From NCBI GenBank assembly GCA_947452875.1, contig CANGEZ010000001.1, forward strand, positions 1 to 42,775: a stretch of DNA of 42,775 nt, in the 5' to 3' direction. The notes under the pieces were generated by a model. It saw only the letters and a program-made list of their open reading frames with translations. It was not told where the DNA came from and made no database searches. The translations under genes were made by a program, and so were the position numbers. Position 1 is the first letter of the stretch. Each line of letters begins with the position of its first letter. This document shows positions 37,298 through 42,775 of the stretch, one piece after another. The stretch is from Chitinophagaceae bacterium. GTDB taxonomy: Bacteria > Bacteroidota > Bacteroidia > Chitinophagales > Chitinophagaceae.

Positions 37298-38710
37298 TTA
37301 CTTTGTAATGTTTTTCATTGGGTTTTTAATATAAAAAAATACAGACATAATGATAAAAATAAAGATAAAAATCAATCTCTTATTAATAATCAATTGATTG
37401 AAATTATATAATAAAATAATTGAAATTACTGTGAAATAAAATAGCAATACATGAGAAATACTAACTATTTTTTTTCTAATCAAAATAACATCTTGTACCA
37501 CATGAAAAATAAAAATAGAAATAAAAATAGAAAAATTTATAACAGAAAGTGATTTGTAAAAATGTAGCCCGGTTAAAATCAAAATTAAGTTTACAGCGAT
37601 ACTGATTACATTACACACCATATCCAATTTCTCTAACTTCATTGTAATCAATAATTCTGCCTGAAGTAAAAAAGTAGGAAAGATCAGAATAATCATGAAC
37701 ATCTCTCTGCAATAAACTGCAGTATTACCGAATTTATTCCCAAACAATAAGGGTATAAAAAAATCAGCGTAAGAACAAACAAAAGAATAAGCCAATATAC
37801 CATAAGCAGAATATGGCAAATAAATTGTTGAAAATAGAGATTTCAAAGCATCAATGCCATTATTAAATGCTTTAATAAGCATCGGATATATTGTAGTTGA
37901 GAGTATTGTTGGTAATACAAAAGCTATTGATAGTAACTTAAACGATATCTCATAGTTTGCAATATCATTTTTAGTTAAAACTTTCGATACAATAATATTG
38001 CCTAATCTCCAATAAATAACACTTAATGTACCCATAATAACAAAAGACCAGTTCGCTGTAATGATATTTCGTATCTCAACAAACTTTACATTGTACATAA
38101 TAACTTGCCTTAGATTTAACTTATCCGAACTACCATATTTTATAAATAAATTCAGTGTAAAAAAGCGAATAAGAAGCAAAATGAGAATTAAATAATAAAC
38201 AGGTATTAAATAGAAAAATAAGCAAACAGCCAAAATACATTTTATGACTGACTCAACTAAAGTCAAGATAAAGGTTTTCTTTTGGTTTTGTTCTGCGATG
38301 TTTAAATTTTTAATAACATAAATCAAATTATCAAAAATAATATTGATGCTCATGAGAACCGAAAAGTTTCGTATCATAGGATCTTTGTAGAGCAATATCG
38401 TCATGATGATGCTTACAAAATAAAATAAACATCCAATAATGAACTGCATTTTAAAGAACTTAAATAAAAATTCTTCATCAAAATTTCTATTTAATAATTC
38501 TCTTATAAACCAATGACCTAAGCCCAAAGAAGAGAACCCGACTAAGAAAGAATAAATTGTATTTACTATAATATAATTTGCAAAATCATCTTTTGAATAA
38601 CACCTTGCTATAATAACGAAAAAAATACTTATAAATAAATTCTGAGTTACACTTGAAATAATCCCAAAAGAACTATTCTTAAAAAGTTTTGTTTTTAATA
38701 TTGCTTTCAA
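37298..38710 (-). CDS. wzx: Wzx-type oligosaccharide flippase
   Basis: About 12-14 TM helices, IIAR..SLGL, ANY..SFKL; position in the locus. Confidence 0.8.
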   Translation of the reverse strand: MKAILKTKLFKNSSFGIISSVTQNLFISIFFVIIARCYSKDDFANYIIVNTIYSFLVGFSSLGLGHWFIRELLNRNFDEEFLFKFFKMQFIIGCLFYFVSIIMTILLYKDPMIRNFSVLMSINIIFDNLIYVIKNLNIAEQNQKKTFILTLVESVIKCILAVCLFFYLIPVYYLILILLLIRFFTLNLFIKYGSSDKLNLRQVIMYNVKFVEIRNIITANWSFVIMGTLSVIYWRLGNIIVSKVLTKNDIANYEISFKLLSIAFVLPTILSTTIYPMLIKAFNNGIDALKSLFSTIYLPYSAYGILAYSFVCSYADFFIPLLFGNKFGNTAVYCREMFMIILIFPTFLLQAELLITMKLEKLDMVCNVISIAVNLILILTGLHFYKSLSVINFSIFISIFIFHVVQDVILIRKKIVSISHVLLFYFTVISIILLYNFNQLIINKRLIFIFIFIIMSVFFYIKNPMKNITK

Positions 38711-38720
38711 TTTTTACAAT

Positions 38721-40019
38721 TTATTCTTCTGATACTGCCTTATTGGTCGTTAAATAATGTTGCCTTGATATTAACATGGAAATCAATAACCCTATTAAAA
38801 TTTCAATTCTAATGTCACCGAAAGAATAATTTGAATTGAACCCAATCATCCAAACCATAAATCCGGAAAAAAGGTAAATCAAGATGAAATCTTTTTTCAA
38901 AAAGAACATATACAAACCTCTAAATACTGGCAATAATAGAATAATGAAAATAATTATAAAAGCTGGACCTCCAAGTTCTGATAAGAATTTCAAATACCCA
39001 TTTTCAGGGCAATCAAAAGGAATAAAATCATCTGCTGTGGGCCATACCTGATCTGGATTATAAATCACCACATGTCTTTCGTAATTCCCAATTCCTATTC
39101 CAAAAATGGGGCGATTTAAAAACATATCAAAAGCTTGACCCCAAATTTCATGTCTGAATTTATACGCATCATCTAAATCTGTTCCTCGGTTGAATATCGC
39201 AAATTTATTTTGAAACTCCATAACCACAAAATATGTCAGTACACCTAAAACAATAATCCAAATCTTTGCAGACAATGATTTCCCAAAAATAACAATTAAG
39301 AAAATTCCAAAAATAAAGCCAATCAATCCAGCTCTACCCCCAGAAGATAAAATTCCAAGTACAGAAAGTAAAATTAATATATAGTTCAAGATTGGAATTT
39401 TTGAATTATTGTCCTTTTTTATTAAACACATAAAACTCATAATGGCCAAAAACATTGAAAAATCTTGTGGATCTCCAAAAAAAGCAGGATATCGAATTCC
39501 ATTACTTAAGATGATGTTTGGATTCAATTCTTTTGATAAAGAAAATTGCATTCCAACCATTAATTGAACACCAAGAAATACTAGAGAAATAATCAATAAT
39601 ATTTTAAGTAATTGTAATAATTCAAAAAAATAATCACTATCCTCGATTAACTCATAAATTAAAATTTTTGCAAAAATAAAAATTGGAAAGATTGCTATGA
39701 TATCCCTGATTCCAACAAATGAAGGGCCTAACTCTGAAAAGTAAAGTCCCATGATAATCAAAGAAATCAGCATTAAAAAAATAACAAGATAAAATCTACT
39801 AGCAAAAAAAACTACTTTTTTATTTTTATAAAAAAAGATTAGATATATGAAGGAGATCAAACTAAAGCCTTTTAATAATGGAATTAATGGAATATTTAAA
39901 AAAGGAAAAGTTAGAATAATATATTTTATATATAACCTATCTCGATTTTCCTTAGTGAATAACATTATTGCAATAAATGCAAGAATGATAAATATTGGTA
40001 TGATTTTTAAAATGCTCAA
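38721..40019 (-). CDS. wzy: Wzy polymerase / O-antigen-ligase family protein
   Basis: RY..FF.DP, SGGRAG, R..IW, PIFGIGIGNY, EN.YL..L.ELG. Confidence 0.8.
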   Translation of the reverse strand: MSILKIIPIFIILAFIAIMLFTKENRDRLYIKYIILTFPFLNIPLIPLLKGFSLISFIYLIFFYKNKKVVFFASRFYLVIFLMLISLIIMGLYFSELGPSFVGIRDIIAIFPIFIFAKILIYELIEDSDYFFELLQLLKILLIISLVFLGVQLMVGMQFSLSKELNPNIILSNGIRYPAFFGDPQDFSMFLAIMSFMCLIKKDNNSKIPILNYILILLSVLGILSSGGRAGLIGFIFGIFLIVIFGKSLSAKIWIIVLGVLTYFVVMEFQNKFAIFNRGTDLDDAYKFRHEIWGQAFDMFLNRPIFGIGIGNYERHVVIYNPDQVWPTADDFIPFDCPENGYLKFLSELGGPAFIIIFIILLLPVFRGLYMFFLKKDFILIYLFSGFMVWMIGFNSNYSFGDIRIEILIGLLISMLISRQHYLTTNKAVSEE

Positions 40020-40021
40020 GT

Positions 40022-40930
40022 CTATCTATTTTTTTTCATCAAATTTAAAGCTTCATCCCAAACACCTGTCATCCTACAAATATTCTCTTTTAAAGAAGCA
40101 TGTTCTATTACCTCAAATCTAGGAAGTTTATATAGAGCGCCTATATTTTCTTGAGTTATATAATTGGCAACTGTAGAAAAAGCCATTTTATACCCGGCTG
40201 ATTTTACATATTCAATTTCTCTTTCTCCAAATGAACCAAATGGATAAGCAAATGTGTCGACTTTAGTACCAAGCCAATTTTCAAGCTTTTGTTTTGAACC
40301 ACTAATCTCATTTTTGGAATCTTCATTTGTACAATTCACTAGAAAAGGATGGGAGAGTGTATGAGCACCTAAACTTATATTCTCATTTTTTATAGACCTT
40401 AATTCTTCTATTGTCATAGCTTCTCTTGGCAATTCAATAGAAGTTACTAACTGAGAAACAATTTCCTTTCGTTGGGTATCAGGAAGTTTTTTAATTGACC
40501 CTACGATGTGTGAAGTGCCTAATTTTTGTTGACTATGTTTCAAATAAGACACCCAATATCCATTTCCATTTTCAATTGGATCGGTATTTATAAAAATAGA
40601 AACAGGAATATTGTATTTGTTGGCTACAGCTACCAGATTTTCTTTATTCTCTTTCCATCCATCATCAACCGTAAAAATTACAGCTTTAGATGGGAATGTT
40701 TTTTTCTCAATTCCAATTTCATAAAGTTCGTCTGCTGAAATGAATTTAAACTCGTGATCTAAAAACCATTTCACAATAGATTCAAACAATTCTTTAGAAG
40801 GATTATGAAAAAAAACCGAAAGGATAATTTTCCCTTCGGCAGCATTATTGATTACCTTATTAATTTTCCCTGAATTGATTAAATAATACGGCAGGAAAAA
40901 TTCGATTATTTTTCTAATAATAGATTTCAC
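40022..40930 (-). CDS. Polysaccharide deacetylase (CE4, IcaB/PgaB-like)
   Basis: TVDDG, HTLSHP, FAYPFG, LPR. Confidence 0.9.
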   Translation of the reverse strand: MKSIIRKIIEFFLPYYLINSGKINKVINNAAEGKIILSVFFHNPSKELFESIVKWFLDHEFKFISADELYEIGIEKKTFPSKAVIFTVDDGWKENKENLVAVANKYNIPVSIFINTDPIENGNGYWVSYLKHSQQKLGTSHIVGSIKKLPDTQRKEIVSQLVTSIELPREAMTIEELRSIKNENISLGAHTLSHPFLVNCTNEDSKNEISGSKQKLENWLGTKVDTFAYPFGSFGEREIEYVKSAGYKMAFSTVANYITQENIGALYKLPRFEVIEHASLKENICRMTGVWDEALNLMKKNR

Positions 40931-41003
40931 GTTGGTAAGCGTTAGTTAGTAAGTCGTAAGTTAACAAAGAAATAGTGAAAAATGAAATGTAACTATGCTA
41001 AGA

Positions 41004-41525
41004 TCAAACTTTCACCAATTTACTTTGATAAGATACAATCTCATAAGCCTCTTCACCAGCATCTGCGCACAAAACATAGCCTAATGTTGGTAATGTTATC
41101 TTCACCTGAGTAGCATGTAATGCAATGACATTATCGAACGCTTCATTTGATGGTTTTCTACTAACGATACGAACGAGGTTATTCATACTAACCTCTGTTT
41201 TCTCGAGTGAGATGTTTGAGTAAGTGTCAACAAATTCCTGGATATATTCCATATCCATTCCTTTAATATTGACAGGCTGTCCTAGCCAATATACAAAGTT
41301 GATGACGCCTGATTGTTGCTTTACTAAGGCCATGTCATACTCTGTTATATGAACAAAAACATAGTTTGTGAAAAGCGGTTCAAGGACAGGCTTTTTCTTT
41401 TCCTCTTTTAAATCGTTTACAATTTTGTTCAGAGGGCAATAATTTTCAATTTTCTTTTTACTTAACAAAGCCGAAACCTTTTTTTCTTGGTTTGGCTTAG
41501 TGTAAACTGCATACCATTTCTTCAT
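41004..41525 (-). CDS. upxY: UpxY-family (NusG/RfaH-like) transcription antiterminator
   Basis: WYAVYTKP..EKKV, YCPL, PLF.NYVFV, GVINFVYWLGQP. Confidence 0.88.
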   Translation of the reverse strand: MKKWYAVYTKPNQEKKVSALLSKKKIENYCPLNKIVNDLKEEKKKPVLEPLFTNYVFVHITEYDMALVKQQSGVINFVYWLGQPVNIKGMDMEYIQEFVDTYSNISLEKTEVSMNNLVRIVSRKPSNEAFDNVIALHATQVKITLPTLGYVLCADAGEEAYEIVSYQSKLVKV

Positions 41526-41709
41526 GATGGTGAATTTTAGGTTATAAATATGCAGTTTCTCACCGGATTAGATGTCGATTTTCAAAAGGTCTTTGACTAG
41601 GATGGGGAAATATAAGATTCTCTAAGTGAGAATTAAAAATAGTAAGGATATTTCAGATATCTAAATTTTTAAGCTTTTTTTTCAAAAAAGTTTTGCACTT
41701 ATTAAGAAT

Positions 41710-42774
41710 CTATTTGTTTTTGGTGTTTTTAGTTGAATACTCCTGGTACTTACCACCGTATACATAATCATAACCATAGCCATAATTATTATTAAAAAAT
41801 CCTCTTTTTTTAACACCATTAAATATAATAGCAGGATTGGTAAGAGGATTTACCTCCATATTTTCATCAATTCGTTTCACTAACATTTTGGGTGTATAAT
41901 TGTGTCTGACTACATAGATTGTGGCATCACATAATTCGGTAAGTATAAACGCATCAGTAATCAATACCGATGGGGCTGTATCCAATATTATCATATCAAA
42001 CCTGCTATCCAAGTATGATACAAACTCGTTGATTTTGCCGTTTAATAATAGTTCAGAAGGGCTATCATCTAAAGTCCCTGAAGATATGAAATAAAGATTA
42101 TCATATCCGTTTGCTTTCTTAATAATATCTTCGGGTTTCTTTTTGCCTTTTAAATAATCACTCAACCCTGGGTCTTGGGTTGATTTCCCAAATAATTTGC
42201 CTAATCCCGGTTTATGCAAATCAATATCAATCAAAGCCACTTTTTTCCCGGTTAATGAGTTGCTAATGGCAAGATTAGCCGCGATAAAACTTTTTCCTTC
42301 ACCAGGAATACTTGAAGTAATCAGAATTTTCTTTTTCTGAGCATCAATTCCCAAATGATGTAATGAAGTTCTTATTTTTCTAAATTCTTCCGCTAATAAA
42401 CTTCTTTTTCCAGCTTCAATGACAACCGATTCTTTTGCGTCATTAAAAGCGACTTCTCCAATTACCTTCAATGAGGTCATGGATTCCAAATCTTTTCTAT
42501 ACAACACTTTAGATGTAAAGCCTTCCATCATGGTTATTGCCAATATACTTACCAAGAATGATCCTAATAACGCTCCCAAATAAATAAATAATTTATTTGG
42601 ACTAACAGGAAATCTTGTGGCTTGGGCACTATTGATAACCCTGCTGTCTGAAAGAGTAGAAGCATAAGACAATTCACTTTCCTCTTTTTTCTGCAACAAA
42701 AAAGAATAAATTCCATTCTTTACACTCTGATCTCTGCTGATTTCTAGTATTTCTCTTTCTTTCTGTGGGATAGT
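41710..42774 (-). CDS. wzc: Wzc/GumC polysaccharide co-polymerase tyrosine autokinase (C-terminal part; 5' end lies outside the window)
   Basis: The frame stays open to the window edge (TIPQKERE...); EEFRKIRT, Walker A SIPGEGKS, DIDLHKP, DTAP, Tyr cluster YGYGYDYVYGGKYQEY. Confidence 0.93.
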   Translation of the reverse strand, partial: TIPQKEREILEISRDQSVKNGIYSFLLQKKEESELSYASTLSDSRVINSAQATRFPVSPNKLFIYLGALLGSFLVSILAITMMEGFTSKVLYRKDLESMTSLKVIGEVAFNDAKESVVIEAGKRSLLAEEFRKIRTSLHHLGIDAQKKKILITSSIPGEGKSFIAANLAISNSLTGKKVALIDIDLHKPGLGKLFGKSTQDPGLSDYLKGKKKPEDIIKKANGYDNLYFISSGTLDDSPSELLLNGKINEFVSYLDSRFDMIILDTAPSVLITDAFILTELCDATIYVVRHNYTPKMLVKRIDENMEVNPLTNPAIIFNGVKKRGFFNNNYGYGYDYVYGGKYQEYSTKNTKNK

Positions 42775-42775
42775 A

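Noticed and set aside
346-40738. Many short (60-112 aa) ORFs in the track that overlap longer genes
   Set aside because: Antisense or off-frame shadows of well-supported CDSs, with no motifs
24928-41689. Homopolymer runs (A/T 7-9) as phase-variation switches
   Set aside because: Expected in AT-rich DNA, and no frameshifted gene was seen
41526-41709. Invertible (phase-variable) promoter or RfaH ops element
   Set aside because: No long flanking inverted repeats or recombinase seen; CCGGTGAG only loosely resembles ops
14140-42775. Mobile genomic island
   Set aside because: No integrase, transposase, tRNA or direct repeats visible; only an accessory-type gene content

Overview
AT-rich Bacteroidota DNA, probably Chitinophagaceae-like (TAnnTTTG promoters, T9SS C-terminal domains, GLPGLI, UpxY). 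Bases 1-14136 are mostly housekeeping: a GLPGLI protein with an outer-membrane beta-barrel, glgB, arginase, a CrtA-like monooxygenase, ndk, nrnA, an FKBP lipoprotein, folP, DUF1599, a MauE/DoxX-thioredoxin fusion and an orphan DppB-like permease. From 14140 onward is a cell-surface block: an EEISWGQR membrane protein, then two tandem paralogous 1.5-1.6 kaa T9SS cargo proteins (beta-helix head, alternating SprB-like repeats, type A CTD). These converge on the distal part of a Wzx/Wzy polysaccharide locus: wzc, upxY, deacetylase, wzy, wzx, two GT4s, a CapK-like ligase, an uncharacterised (alpha/alpha)6 / DUF354 / Gfo-Idh-MocA / AKR-like cassette, wecB, wcaJ, an acyltransferase and a methyltransferase. 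The best candidates for new biology are the paired secreted beta-helix proteins, with a strictly compensatory cysteine pattern and shared upstream motifs, and the uncharacterised sugar-modifying cassette next to them. No rRNA, tRNA, CRISPR array, transposase or integrase was seen. All family calls come from reading motifs by eye, not from database searches.
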